Source: Candidatus Methylomirabilota bacterium (lineage in GTDB: Bacteria; Methylomirabilota; Methylomirabilia; Rokubacteriales; CSP1-6). From it: DNA of 52,899 nucleotides. The position numbers and the translations under genes were made by a program. The first letter of the stretch is position 1. Each line of letters starts with the position of its first letter. This document shows positions 10,164-20,057 of this stretch, piece after piece. The stretch covers positions 1-52,899 of the forward strand of contig JBKPAK010000245.1 of the NCBI GenBank assembly GCA_046726415.1. Direction: 5' to 3'. The notes under the pieces are model-generated. The model searched no databases. It saw only the letters and a program-made list of their open reading frames with translations, and was not told where the DNA came from.

Positions 10164-11396
10164 CTAGCGCTCGGCGGCTGCCGCCGGAGGCGGCGCGCTC
10201 GCTCGGCCGTCCACGAGATCGACCATCAGCGCGAGGTCATCCAGCAGATGGCGCGTGACGAGGAAGCCGCGGCGGACGTGCTCACGGCCGGACGCGCCCA
10301 TGCGAGGGATCACCTCCGGGTTGTTGAGCAGGTGCCGCGTGCGGAAAGCCGCACCCTCCACGGAATGGACAATATAGCCGGTCACGTCGCGGACAATGAG
10401 CTGAGCGAGACCGCCCGACGCTCCGCCGATGACGGGCTTGCCCTTCCACATCGCCTCCGCGGCGCCAAGCCCGAAGTCCTCGCGGACGGACATCTGGAGC
10501 ACGACCGTGGCCGCCCGCTGGAGCGCGTTGAGCTGTCGCTGAGCCTCCGGGGGCAGCTCGAGGACGACGATGTCCGGATCGCGGTGGGCCGCCTCGCGCA
10601 CGTCGGCCAACACCTCCAGACTGTCGTGATCGTCCTGGCCGGTACCGGCCAAGACGAGGCGCACCCCATGATGGCGCTTCACCAGGCGGTAGACGTTGAC
10701 GGCTCCGAGTGGATCGTAGTCGCGCGTGAAGGGGCCGACCTGGACGAGGAGCGGCTTGTCGCGCTCGACGCGCAGCTCTTGGAGGACAGCGGCCAGCTCC
10801 GCCCTGCTCAGCTCGCGGTTCTTTTCCGACAGGGGGTCGATGGACGGAGGAATCACATAGCGCGGAACGGCGAGCCGCGCCGCGAAGGCCGGCAAAGAAA
10901 AGATCGCGGCGTCGAACCGCTCGCCGATCTTTCGAAAGAACGACCAGGCCTCCTGCTGCGGCTGCGAGCAGTCGAAGTGACAGCGCCAGGCCCAGTAGCC
11001 ATCGGTCCGGCCCGCGACCAGGCTCGCCGGCTGGACGTCGTGCGCGACCACGACATCGGCGGCCATCCGAAGCTTCCCGGCAGTCACCTGGTTCATCGCG
11101 AGGTAGTGTTCGAGTCGCTCCTCGGTGAGTACGCGCTCCGCCCCCTGAAGGGCTGCTTGCAAGGCCTGCACGGTGGCAAAGTACGGTGTGTCCCCACCCG
11201 TCACCTCCCAGTTGGTCTCCACCCCCAGGTCGTTGAGGAGGGGTACCACCGCCCGAAGGCTTTCGGCAGGCCCGCCGCCCAGCCGCCCGCCGGTCAGATG
11301 CAGGAACCGGCGCCCCTGGGCCCGCTCGGCGAGCTTTTCAATGATGTCGACAGCGTTGGGGGCCGCCACCGCCCGGTACGCGTCGAGGGCGCTCAT
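10164..11396 (-). CDS. treT: TreT-like GT4 glycosyltransferase with degenerate motifs
   Basis: HDVQP, WRCH, IPPSIDPLSEKN, NALQRAA and EAMWKGKPVIG. ATG 11396 overlaps the DUF5752 TGA. Confidence 0.75.
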   Translation of the reverse strand: MSALDAYRAVAAPNAVDIIEKLAERAQGRRFLHLTGGRLGGGPAESLRAVVPLLNDLGVETNWEVTGGDTPYFATVQALQAALQGAERVLTEERLEHYLAMNQVTAGKLRMAADVVVAHDVQPASLVAGRTDGYWAWRCHFDCSQPQQEAWSFFRKIGERFDAAIFSLPAFAARLAVPRYVIPPSIDPLSEKNRELSRAELAAVLQELRVERDKPLLVQVGPFTRDYDPLGAVNVYRLVKRHHGVRLVLAGTGQDDHDSLEVLADVREAAHRDPDIVVLELPPEAQRQLNALQRAATVVLQMSVREDFGLGAAEAMWKGKPVIGGASGGLAQLIVRDVTGYIVHSVEGAAFRTRHLLNNPEVIPRMGASGREHVRRGFLVTRHLLDDLALMVDLVDGRASAPPPAAAAER

Positions 11397-12076
11397 CGCC
11401 CCTCTCCCCCTCCGTCCCCGCTCTCCAGCACGTGATCGACCAGGGCAAGGAGGCGGCTTCGCACGCGTTCGGGGGTGGTCAGGTAGAGGTCGATGTGCTC
11501 GACCTCCTCGGCCAGCGCCGGAAGCTCCAGAGGCCCGCGGAGCCATTCGGCGAAGTCGCCCCCGCGCCGTCCAAAGCGCGCCCGGGCTTCCACCATGTGG
11601 TGATGGATGGCGCTCGCGTCGGCGCCGGCCAGTCCCTGACGGAACTCTGCCAGCGTGGTCACGCGTGGACCGAGCGGGACCGGCACGATGCGGGACTGCT
11701 GGAAGTGGAAGGCGTGCTCGAACTCCACGCGTTGGATCGCGCCGCCGTCGCGGAGCTGGCCGTGGATGATCGTCACCAGCTCCTCGCGCAGCTCGGTGAG
11801 GCTATCGAACTTGAAGGGATCCACCACGGCCAGCCGCTCGGCGAGCGCCATCTCGCCCAACTCGACGGCGATCCATCGGGCGAAGTCGTTACCATACGCC
11901 GTGGTGAAGGGCCGGTGGCGCAGGAAGTAGCCGTGGACGTGGAAGAAGACCGAATCGTCGGGGGCCCCTTCCAGCTTCTCCTTCAGCTCGCGAGCATCAT
12001 GGGCGTGTAGGTCGAGGGCCTGCCGCAGCTCCACGCAGGCGGTGAAGACGAACGGTTCGGCGGCCACGCGGCTCAC
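11393..12076 (-). CDS. DUF5752-family protein (two internally duplicated halves)
   Basis: EPFVF...SVFFH...NDFARW is echoed by FHF...SAIHHH...GDFAEW. The gene sits upstream of treT, as usual for this family. Confidence 0.8.
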   Translation of the reverse strand: MSRVAAEPFVFTACVELRQALDLHAHDARELKEKLEGAPDDSVFFHVHGYFLRHRPFTTAYGNDFARWIAVELGEMALAERLAVVDPFKFDSLTELREELVTIIHGQLRDGGAIQRVEFEHAFHFQQSRIVPVPLGPRVTTLAEFRQGLAGADASAIHHHMVEARARFGRRGGDFAEWLRGPLELPALAEEVEHIDLYLTTPERVRSRLLALVDHVLESGDGGGEGR

Positions 12077-15000
12077 CGCTCGCCCACCAAGAGAGCGAGA
12101 GGGAAGTTGGCAAACACCGCCGCCAGGTCGAGGCGGCCGTGATGGGTCTCGAGCCGCTCGCCGGTGAAGACGTTGCGGAAGCGCCGATCCGCGTCTTCTG
12201 GCACGAGCACACGGCTCTCACTGCCCCAGGCGGAGGCGCCGAGGGGCGGATCGGGAAAACGGCCCGCGGCCAGCAGGCGCGGGGCCACCGCGAGGGCGCT
12301 CTCCCCCTCGCCCACGCGCGCGAAGGCGCACACGTGCTCGGCCCGCGGCCCCGCCGTCTCCAGCTGGCGATACTCGCCCGCCTGGAAGAGCCTGGTGAGC
12401 TCGCGACGAGTCGCGAGCCCTTGACGGATGGCGTACATCTTGATGCGCCCGTCCTCTTTGGATTCGACGAGCCGGCGCGCCAGCGCCGCCAAATCGGTGG
12501 TCCGGGCCCGCTCGGCGTCCAGCTCAGCGAGTTGCCGCCGGCGGAGGGCGAAGTCGACCGGGCGGCGATTATCGGGATCGACCAGACGGAAATCCCACAG
12601 TTCGGTGCCCTGGTAGAAGTCCGGCACTCCCGGCGCCGTGATCTTGAGCAACATCTCGGCGAGCGACGTGTACATACCCCACCGGGAGACCTGGCTCTGG
12701 AAGGACTGGAAGTCACTCAGGAACGCGCGCGACGTGGCGGGATCGAACAGGGTGGACACGAAGCGCGCCACCGCCCGCTCGTATTCTGGCGCGGGGTTGA
12801 TCCAGCTCGAATGGACCTTGGCTTCGCGCACGGCCTTGAACATGAAAGTTTGGATGCGCTCGGCGAATGCGGCCACGCTGTCGGTGGACAGGACGCCGAG
12901 CGGCCACGCGCCCACCAGCGTCTGGTATAGAAGATACTCCTCATTGGCGTCCGGGACCCCTTGCCCATCAACGATGTCCTTCTTGCGCCGGTTGAGCCGT
13001 CTCCACCTGAGGACCCGCCGGCGCCACTCGCGCGGGAGCTCCGAGAGCACGTTGATACGGGCCCGCACGTCCTCGCTCCGCTTGGCATCATGCGTGGAAG
13101 TGGCGAGGAGTGTGGCCGGCCAGGCGGCCCGGCGCTCTGCGTTCAGACGGTGAAACTCCGCGACGGAGATTCCGAAGCGGTCGGGGGCCCCGCCGACCTC
13201 ATTGAGCGAGATGAGTCGGTGATACCGGTAGGAGGCCGTGTCCTCGACACCCTTGGCCGTGATCGGTCCGGTGAGCTGCTGGAACTTCCCCACGAACAAG
13301 AGCTGCTCCTGGTGTTCGACCTCAGTCCGGGCCCCCGGAAAGCGCAGGCGCAGCACCTCGGCGATGAAGTCGAAGATGGAGCCGCTCATGGCGGGATTGC
13401 GCCGTCGGGCCATGGCCACCGCCAGATCCACGTACCACCGGTCGCTCTCCGACAGTCCGGACGCGTCGATGTACGTCCGGTAGACGGGAAAGCACGCGAT
13501 GATCTCCCTGAGCGCGGTGATGAGACTGCGCGTGGTGAAGTCGCGGGAGGCGCGATAGCGGTCGGAGATACGCCCGAGCCGGCGCCCCAGCACGCTGATC
13601 TCGCTCGACATCGTCGTATCGCTAACGAGTTTCTTGGCGTCGTAGACGATCTCCCGGAAGTCCGGCCGCGCGCCGACGAAGCGGTTATACGTTTCGTCGA
13701 GCAGTCGCTGCGCGGTCCGGTCCACGAAGATGCCGTCGAGGGCATTGAGGAATTCGTATCCGGTCGTCCCCCACACCGGCCAGCGCTCGGGCAGTCGCTC
13801 GCCGGCCATCAAGATCTTCTCCACCACGATATACATCGGACGGGCCAGATCGGGGTCAGATTCCGCGCGCCGGTCGAACTCGGCCAGAGCTTCGGTGCGC
13901 CACGCAGCGCGCTCGGCCTCGGTCGCGCCCTCGAGCCCAGCCGCCGCCTCCGCGATCTCCACGCAGCAGCGCCGTTGGAGCTGGCGAAGGTAGTCTCCCG
14001 GCGCATAGAGTCCGTCGGGGTGGTCGATGCGTAGCCCCGTCACATGCCCTTCGCGCACGAGTCGAAAGATCAGGCGGTGCGCTTCTTCGAAGACCCCCGG
14101 TTCCTCCATCCGAATGGCGGCCAAGGTATTGATGTCGAAGAAGCGCCGATAGTTGATGTCGTCCGCGGCAACCTGCCAGAAGGACAGGCGATAGGCCTGG
14201 GCACCGAGGAGCGCGTCCAGGCGATCGAAGCTCCCCGGTTGCCCCTTCACGCCGTTGAAGTGTGCCACGTTGTCTTCGATGAAGACGCGCACCGCGGGCG
14301 CCTCGGCGGCGAGAGTGGCCAGCCGGCGCTTGATGACCACCCGCTCGCGGGCGCGCTCGTCCCGCCGCTCGGGAGCGGTCTCCGCGCGGCCAGGCAGGTG
14401 TGAGAGGGCCGTGATGATGCTCTGAAGTTCGAGGAGGTGCGGATCGTCCTTGTCCAGCTGAGCTTCCAGTTCCTCGCGCCGGAATTCGAGGATCTGGATG
14501 TAGGTCTCGGGCGCCACGGGAAGCACGGTGTCGTAGTAGCGGATGGTGAATTCGCCGTTGCGGAACTCGAGGGTCAGCTCCTGGTTCTCCAGCACCCGCC
14601 CGTACTGGTCGCCGAGAATGGGAAGGAGGACCTTGTGGTAGAGCGCTGGCTCCGGCGGCTCCCACTCGATGTCGAAGTACGTGCTGTATGGCGACGAGGG
14701 CCCGTTCTCCAGCACATCGCTCCACCAGGAATTTCGGCTCCCCGAGATTCCCATGTGGTTCGGCACCACGTCGATGATCTGCCCCATGCCGCGCTCCTGG
14801 AGGGCGGCGGAGAGCGCCAGGTAATCCTCGTCGGAGCCCAGGGCGGCGTTGAGGCTATTGTGGTGGACGATGTCGTAGCCGTGGGATTCATCGGAGCTTG
14901 GAAGGAGGAACGGCGAGAAGTAGCAAGTATCTACACCTAGGGCGTTGAGATAGGGGACGAGGTCCCTGGCCTCCCGAAATCCGCAACCTCGCCCGAACTG

Positions 15001-15081
15001 CAGGCGGTAGGTAGCGACGGGGATGCGACGGAGGACGCCGCCGCGATCAGCGAGCAGGGCGAAAACCTCCGTCGGATTCAT
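12073..15081 (-). CDS. treY: Malto-oligosyltrehalose synthase
   Basis: IPVATYRLQF, SHGYD, DVVPNHMG, INYRRFFDIN, GLRIDHPDGL, STHDAKRSED and LVDPDNRRPVDF. Start position is approximate. Confidence 0.95.
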   Translation of the reverse strand: MNPTEVFALLADRGGVLRRIPVATYRLQFGRGCGFREARDLVPYLNALGVDTCYFSPFLLPSSDESHGYDIVHHNSLNAALGSDEDYLALSAALQERGMGQIIDVVPNHMGISGSRNSWWSDVLENGPSSPYSTYFDIEWEPPEPALYHKVLLPILGDQYGRVLENQELTLEFRNGEFTIRYYDTVLPVAPETYIQILEFRREELEAQLDKDDPHLLELQSIITALSHLPGRAETAPERRDERARERVVIKRRLATLAAEAPAVRVFIEDNVAHFNGVKGQPGSFDRLDALLGAQAYRLSFWQVAADDINYRRFFDINTLAAIRMEEPGVFEEAHRLIFRLVREGHVTGLRIDHPDGLYAPGDYLRQLQRRCCVEIAEAAAGLEGATEAERAAWRTEALAEFDRRAESDPDLARPMYIVVEKILMAGERLPERWPVWGTTGYEFLNALDGIFVDRTAQRLLDETYNRFVGARPDFREIVYDAKKLVSDTTMSSEISVLGRRLGRISDRYRASRDFTTRSLITALREIIACFPVYRTYIDASGLSESDRWYVDLAVAMARRRNPAMSGSIFDFIAEVLRLRFPGARTEVEHQEQLLFVGKFQQLTGPITAKGVEDTASYRYHRLISLNEVGGAPDRFGISVAEFHRLNAERRAAWPATLLATSTHDAKRSEDVRARINVLSELPREWRRRVLRWRRLNRRKKDIVDGQGVPDANEEYLLYQTLVGAWPLGVLSTDSVAAFAERIQTFMFKAVREAKVHSSWINPAPEYERAVARFVSTLFDPATSRAFLSDFQSFQSQVSRWGMYTSLAEMLLKITAPGVPDFYQGTELWDFRLVDPDNRRPVDFALRRRQLAELDAERARTTDLAALARRLVESKEDGRIKMYAIRQGLATRRELTRLFQAGEYRQLETAGPRAEHVCAFARVGEGESALAVAPRLLAAGRFPDPPLGASAWGSESRVLVPEDADRRFRNVFTGERLETHHGRLDLAAVFANFPLALLVGER

Positions 15082-15151
15082 GGCTAATGGCCGAGGGCGC
15101 TCGGAGTGCATCGGCCACGCCGTGGCGCTTCGCGCTGTCCAGACCGCGCCC

Positions 15152-15655
15152 CTATCCGCCGTAGAAAACCTTCTCGCCGAGATCCTTGAGCCATAGCGTC
15201 GCGTCATCCGCTCGGCCGGTCGGCTCGGTCACCACGGACGCCTCGACCACCTTGCCGACGAGGATCGCATGGTCGCCCTGCTCGACCGTGGTCAAGAGCT
15301 CACACTCCACGGCGGCCGGCGCGTTGACGAGAATCGGTGATCCGGTCTTGCCCGCGCGCACGACCTCGCCGCCGATCCGGTCCCCTTCTCGCTGAGCCGG
15401 CTTGAAGAAGGCGTAGGCGATCGGACCCTGTCCTTTGCCGAGGATGCTGAGGGAGAAGCACTTCGTCTCCGAGATGATGGTGTGAGGAGACGAGCCAACC
15501 TTCACCCCCACGACGATCAGCGGAGGCTCGAACGACGCCTGGGTGACCCAGTTCACGGTGGCCGCGGCCACTCGACCATCGCGCGTCTCCGCCATGAGGA
15601 CATAGAGGCCGTAGGGAATCATCCGCAGCGCGGTCTTCTTCGCATTGGCGTCCAT
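15152..15655 (-). CDS. Flavin reductase-like (flavoredoxin) protein
   Basis: ALRMIPYGLYV, NWVTQASFEPP and GDHAILVGKV. GGAGG lies upstream of ATG 15655. Confidence 0.88.
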   Translation of the reverse strand: MDANAKKTALRMIPYGLYVLMAETRDGRVAAATVNWVTQASFEPPLIVVGVKVGSSPHTIISETKCFSLSILGKGQGPIAYAFFKPAQREGDRIGGEVVRAGKTGSPILVNAPAAVECELLTTVEQGDHAILVGKVVEASVVTEPTGRADDATLWLKDLGEKVFYGG

Positions 15656-15925
15656 GACGAGTTCAGTCCTCCCATCGCAAGTTGTGCGGCACCGTGGATC
15701 CCAGGACCACGTCGACGTCCACTTTACCGTGGCTGTCCTCATCGTAGACCATGCTGCACTCTGCGAACCACAGGCCACCGCCGGCGGATGTCGCCCGCGT
15801 TGACCGCCGAGTTTCTCACGCGCGAAGGGGATCGTGCGGTAACAGCGTCGATGGTCACGACGGCCGCCCATAGCGGCCCCGTACGCGCGATCCACGGAAT
15901 GCCGGGTGACCCCAGGTCGAAAAGG

Positions 15926-17320
15926 CTAGCTGCGGTACCGGGAGGCCCCGCCCGCCTGGATGTCCTTGTTGAGCTTGCGACTCAGGTGGAGGCCCTCGAG
16001 GACGAACTCCACCGCGGAGGCGATGGTGGCGGGTTCGGCCGCCCCGAGTCTGGACACCGCCGCTTCCAGCCCTCGCACCTGCCCCAGCTGACGGACGTAG
16101 TCCGCCGACGACATGGTCTCGGAGGCGTCGATGCGGAGGCTCCCCTCGAAGGCCTTCACGACCTCGTCCAGTTCAACCGCCTTGAAGCGGCGGTTGAACA
16201 CGTTCAGGATCGCCCGCTGCATGAGCTTGGTGAGGACTTTGTCCTCGCTGGTCTCGCCCAGCGTCTCCAGCTCGATCTTCCCGCTGGTGGAGGCTACCAG
16301 GGCGCCGAGGTCGCTCACTCGCGGCGCCGCCTCGCGTTCGCCCAGGCGAATGGCCCGCTTGAGGGCATTGGACATCAGGTTCTCGTAGTTGCAGATGCTC
16401 ACCCGCACCGACACGCCTGAGCGCTGGTTGATCTCGGAGGCCTTGCGGGCGAGGTGGGTCAGTTCCGCCACCACCTGCCGCATGTAGTCCGGGGTCCGGG
16501 TGACCACGCCATCGCTGGCGAAGTGGGTCCGCTCGGCCTCCATGATGGCCATCTCGTCCTCGAGCCGGCGCGGATAGTGCGTGCGAATCTGCGAGCCGAA
16601 GCGGTCCTTGAGGGGGGTGATGATGCGCCCGCGGTTCGTGTAATCCTCGGGGTTGGCGCTGGCCACCACGTAGAGGTCCAGGGGCAGCCGGACCTTGTAA
16701 CCGCGGATCTGGACGTCGCGCTCCTCCATGATGTTGAGGAGACCGACCTGGATGCGCTCGGCGAGATCGGGCAGCTCGTTGAGGGCAAAGATGCCGCGGT
16801 TGGTGCGGGGCAGCAGCCCATAGTGAATGGTCAGCTCGTCGGCGAGGTACCGGCCTTCCGCCACCTTGATGGGATCGACCTCGCCGATGAGATCGGCGAT
16901 GGTGATGTCTGGCGTGGCGAGCTTCTCGCCGTAGCGGCGGTCCCGCGCCACCCAGACGATTGGGGCGTCGTCGCCGCGCTCGGCGAGGAGAGCCCGGCCG
17001 GCGGGCGAGATGGGCACCAGGGGATCGTCGTTGATCTCCGAGCCGGCCAGGGCGGGGATCTCGGGGTCGAGCAGCTCGACGAGCAGCCGAGCCATACGCG
17101 TCTTGGCCTGCCCGCGCTCGCCGAGGAAGACGATGTCCTGCCCGCTCAAGATCGCATTCTCGATCTGCGGGATGACGCTGTCCTCGTAGCCGATGATGCC
17201 GGCGAACATGGTCTCGCCCCGCTGGAGTCGCCCGATGAGGTTGTCCCGCAACTCCTGCTTGACCGACCGCGGCTGATATCCGTTCTTCTGCAGCTCGCCA
17301 ACCGTCCGCGCCTTGGCCAT
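15926..17320 (-). CDS. Mg-chelatase/MoxR-like AAA+ ATPase (Rv0958-like)
   Basis: Walker A GERGQAKT, EKLATPD, FALNELPDL and ANPEDYTNRGRIITPLKDRFG. Confidence 0.88.
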   Translation of the reverse strand: MAKARTVGELQKNGYQPRSVKQELRDNLIGRLQRGETMFAGIIGYEDSVIPQIENAILSGQDIVFLGERGQAKTRMARLLVELLDPEIPALAGSEINDDPLVPISPAGRALLAERGDDAPIVWVARDRRYGEKLATPDITIADLIGEVDPIKVAEGRYLADELTIHYGLLPRTNRGIFALNELPDLAERIQVGLLNIMEERDVQIRGYKVRLPLDLYVVASANPEDYTNRGRIITPLKDRFGSQIRTHYPRRLEDEMAIMEAERTHFASDGVVTRTPDYMRQVVAELTHLARKASEINQRSGVSVRVSICNYENLMSNALKRAIRLGEREAAPRVSDLGALVASTSGKIELETLGETSEDKVLTKLMQRAILNVFNRRFKAVELDEVVKAFEGSLRIDASETMSSADYVRQLGQVRGLEAAVSRLGAAEPATIASAVEFVLEGLHLSRKLNKDIQAGGASRYRS

Positions 17321-17438
17321 GTCGAGGATCTCCGCCCTCCTGGAATCGACTACCGGCCACTCTGCGGCTTGCTCGGGTTGCTGTCAACCGTGGCGCGATG
17401 GCACCATGGGGCAAGATCGCGATTCCAGGGAGAGCCTC

Positions 17439-19466
17439 ATGAAGGTTCAGCGCGCCAGCGTGTGTACTCTCGATTGCCCCGACACCTGCAGCCTGACCGT
17501 GAGCGTCGAGCACGAGCGGATCGTGGAGGTGCGTGGCTCGCGGGCCAATCCCTACACGGCCGGAGTGATCTGCACGAAGGTGGCACAGTCCTACCCGGAC
17601 TTTGTCCATGGAGCGGGGCGCCTGCACCATCCGCTCCGACGCGCCGGAGCCAGGGGTGAGGGGCGCTTCGTGCCCGTGAGCTGGGACGAGGCGCTCGACA
17701 TCATCTATGAGCGATTCACCGCCGTCATGGCGAAGCACGGACCGCAGGCCATCGTGCCGCTCAACTACGCCGGCCCGCACGGCATGCTCGCCGGCGGCTC
17801 CATGGACCTGCGCTTCTTTCACCGACTCGGCGCCAGTCTGCTCGACCGGAGACCGCTGTGCGGCGGCGTGCGCACCGAAGCCTGGGTGGGCACGTTCGGG
17901 CCCACCCCGGGCATGCCCCCCGAGCAGGCCGTCCACGCTCGGCTCATCGTCGCGTGGGGCAACAACGTCACGTGGTCGAACCTCCACCTCACGCCGATCA
18001 TCCACCGGGCGCAGAAGGCGGGGGCCAAGCTCGTGGTGGTCGATCCGCGGCGCACCAAGGTCGCCGCGCAGGCCGACCTCCATCTCGCCATCCGCCCTGG
18101 AACCGACGTGGTGCTGGCGTGGGCCGTGGCGGCAGAGCTGGAGCGCCGCGGGGCATTCGATCGCGCTTTCATCGAGCGCCACGTGACGGGCGTCGAGGAG
18201 TACATGGCGGCGGCACGCGCGTTCGGCCTCGATGAGGCGGCGCGCGTATGCGGTGTGCCGGAGGAGCAGATCCGCCAGCTCGCCGACTGGTATCAGCACA
18301 TCTCGCCGGCGGCTATCAGTGTCGGCAACGGGCTCGAGCGCAACCAAAACGGCGGGAGTGGCATCCGCGCCGTCTTGGCGCTGCCCGCTCTGGCCGGGAA
18401 ATTCGGGGTTCTCGGGGGCGGCCTCATCAACGGCGCCTCATTCGCCTTCCCCAAGACGGCGGGCCGGCTCCAGCGCCCCGATCTCGTCCCCGCGGGCACC
18501 CGCACCCTCAACATCATCGACATCGGGCGCCACCTGACGGATCCGCGGTGCTCGCCGCCCATCGAGGCGCTGTTCATCTACAACCACAATCCTCTGGTCG
18601 TGCACCCGGACCAGAACCGCCTCCGGCGCGGCCTCGCGCGCGAGGACCTCTTCGTCGTCGGCGCCGACGTGGTGATGACGGACAGCCTGGCCTACGCGGA
18701 CGTCGTGCTCCCGGCGTGCAGTCACTTCGAGCACGACGATCTCTATCCGGCCTACGGCCAGCACTGGCTGCAGCGGGCGGAGGCCGTCATTCGCCGCCAG
18801 GGCGAGGCCCTACCCAACACCGAGATCTTCCGCCGCCTGGCGGTGCGATTCGGCTTCACCGACGGCGCGTTCACCGCAAGCGATGCCGAGCTGATGGACG
18901 AGGCCCTCGACAGCGCCGACGCGCGCCTCGGCGGTGTCAGACCGAGCGCGCTGCCCACCGATCGGGCGATGGCCATGACGGTGAACGGGCAACAGGCGAT
19001 CCTCTTCGCCAACGTGTTCCCGCGCACGCCCTCCGGGAAGGTCGAGCTCGCCTCCACCTATCTCGAGCAAAAGTATGGCGCCCGCCTGCCGACGTGGCGA
19101 CCATACCCGTCGTCCTATCCGCTCGCGTTGATCTCCCCGGCTTCCGACAAGCGCATCACCTCCACCTTCGGCGGTTTGCGCGGCAGCGAGGCGACGCCGC
19201 CGCTGGAGATGCACCCTCGGGACGCCCGCGACCGGCATCTGCGGACCGGCATGCGCGTGAAGGTCTGGAACGACCTCGGGGAAGTCCACCTCCCTCTTCG
19301 GATCAGCGAGACGGTTCCGCCCGGAGTGGTGTCCTCGCTCAAGGGCGCCTGGATGCGCACGAGCGACAATGGACAGACGGTGTCCGCCCTCTGCCCCACG
19401 CACCATGCGGATATCTCGGAAGGCGCGTGTTTCAACGACACGCGGGTGGAGGTGGCCGCGTTGTAG
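17439..19466 (+). CDS. Cytoplasmic molybdopterin oxidoreductase (DMSO-reductase superfamily) with an N-terminal 4Fe-4S site
   Basis: CTLDCPDTC...C, VVVDPRRT, IRPGTD, ADVVLPA and a C-terminal HPRDA dinucleotide-binding domain. No Tat signal. Confidence 0.9.
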   Translation: MKVQRASVCTLDCPDTCSLTVSVEHERIVEVRGSRANPYTAGVICTKVAQSYPDFVHGAGRLHHPLRRAGARGEGRFVPVSWDEALDIIYERFTAVMAKHGPQAIVPLNYAGPHGMLAGGSMDLRFFHRLGASLLDRRPLCGGVRTEAWVGTFGPTPGMPPEQAVHARLIVAWGNNVTWSNLHLTPIIHRAQKAGAKLVVVDPRRTKVAAQADLHLAIRPGTDVVLAWAVAAELERRGAFDRAFIERHVTGVEEYMAAARAFGLDEAARVCGVPEEQIRQLADWYQHISPAAISVGNGLERNQNGGSGIRAVLALPALAGKFGVLGGGLINGASFAFPKTAGRLQRPDLVPAGTRTLNIIDIGRHLTDPRCSPPIEALFIYNHNPLVVHPDQNRLRRGLAREDLFVVGADVVMTDSLAYADVVLPACSHFEHDDLYPAYGQHWLQRAEAVIRRQGEALPNTEIFRRLAVRFGFTDGAFTASDAELMDEALDSADARLGGVRPSALPTDRAMAMTVNGQQAILFANVFPRTPSGKVELASTYLEQKYGARLPTWRPYPSSYPLALISPASDKRITSTFGGLRGSEATPPLEMHPRDARDRHLRTGMRVKVWNDLGEVHLPLRISETVPPGVVSSLKGAWMRTSDNGQTVSALCPTHHADISEGACFNDTRVEVAAL

Positions 19467-19475
19467 ACTGCTCGC

Positions 19476-19910
19476 GTGACCCTCCCCGCCACCCTGCGCG
19501 CGATCCTCGTCGGCGGCGTCCTGCTTGCGGCCCTTGTGAAGGGCACGGCCGCTGAACACGAGATTTTCTACCGGTACGTTGTGCTCGGCTACGTCAAGGA
19601 CGCGCGGGGGGGGCCGGTGCGCGGCGCGGAGGTGGAGCTCATCCGGAACAAGACCGGATTCTCGTACCTCGCTCAGACGGGCCCGGACGGTTTCTTCCTG
19701 ATCGTCGCCCGTCTGGGAGACGAGAGCGCGGGTGAGCGTCTGACCCTGCGCGTGGGCCAGGGCGCCACCACCATCATCGCCCGCTTCGACCCCTCGAACC
19801 ATGGCGATCACCGGGGCACGCGCGTCGACGTCCATGGTGGAGGGTTCCAGGAGAACTCCGCTTCCTTCGCCCCCACCCTGGCGCGCTTCCTGGGGACGGA
19901 CACGCGCTGA
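19476..19910 (+). CDS. Secreted hypothetical protein with a carboxypeptidase-regulatory-like beta-sandwich
   Basis: Signal peptide ending TAA/EH, then GYVKDARGGPVRGAEV...TGPDGFF. Confidence 0.65.
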   Translation: MTLPATLRAILVGGVLLAALVKGTAAEHEIFYRYVVLGYVKDARGGPVRGAEVELIRNKTGFSYLAQTGPDGFFLIVARLGDESAGERLTLRVGQGATTIIARFDPSNHGDHRGTRVDVHGGGFQENSASFAPTLARFLGTDTR

Positions 19911-20043
19911 AGGACAGCACAGAGGAGTCCCAGTAGAGCTGAAGGACAGCACAGAGGAGTCCCAGTAGAGCTGAAGGACAGCACAGAGGAGTCCCAGTAG
20001 AGCTGAAGGACAGCACAGAGGAGTCCCAGCAGAGCTGAAGGAC
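19906..20043 (+). repeat. 32-bp tandem array, four full copies plus a 10-bp partial
   Basis: GCTGAAGGACAGCACAGAGGAGTCCCAGTAGA at 19906, 19938, 19970 and 20002 (single T>C at 20030); partial copy at 20034; no spacers. Confidence 0.97.
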
Positions 20044-20057
20044 GGAGGGAGGTCCCG

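Noticed and set aside
15926..17320. True chlorophyll Mg-chelatase subunit ChlI/BchI
   Set aside because: No chlD/chlH or photosynthesis genes are nearby, and the motifs fit the non-photosynthetic Rv0958-like family
17439..19466. Arsenate respiratory reductase or arsenite oxidase, given arsC nearby
   Set aside because: No Tat signal, no Rieske or ferredoxin partner subunit, and it lies about 28 kb from the ars genes
19906..20043. CRISPR array
   Set aside because: The unit is CRISPR-sized, but the copies are contiguous with no unique spacers and there are no cas genes in the window
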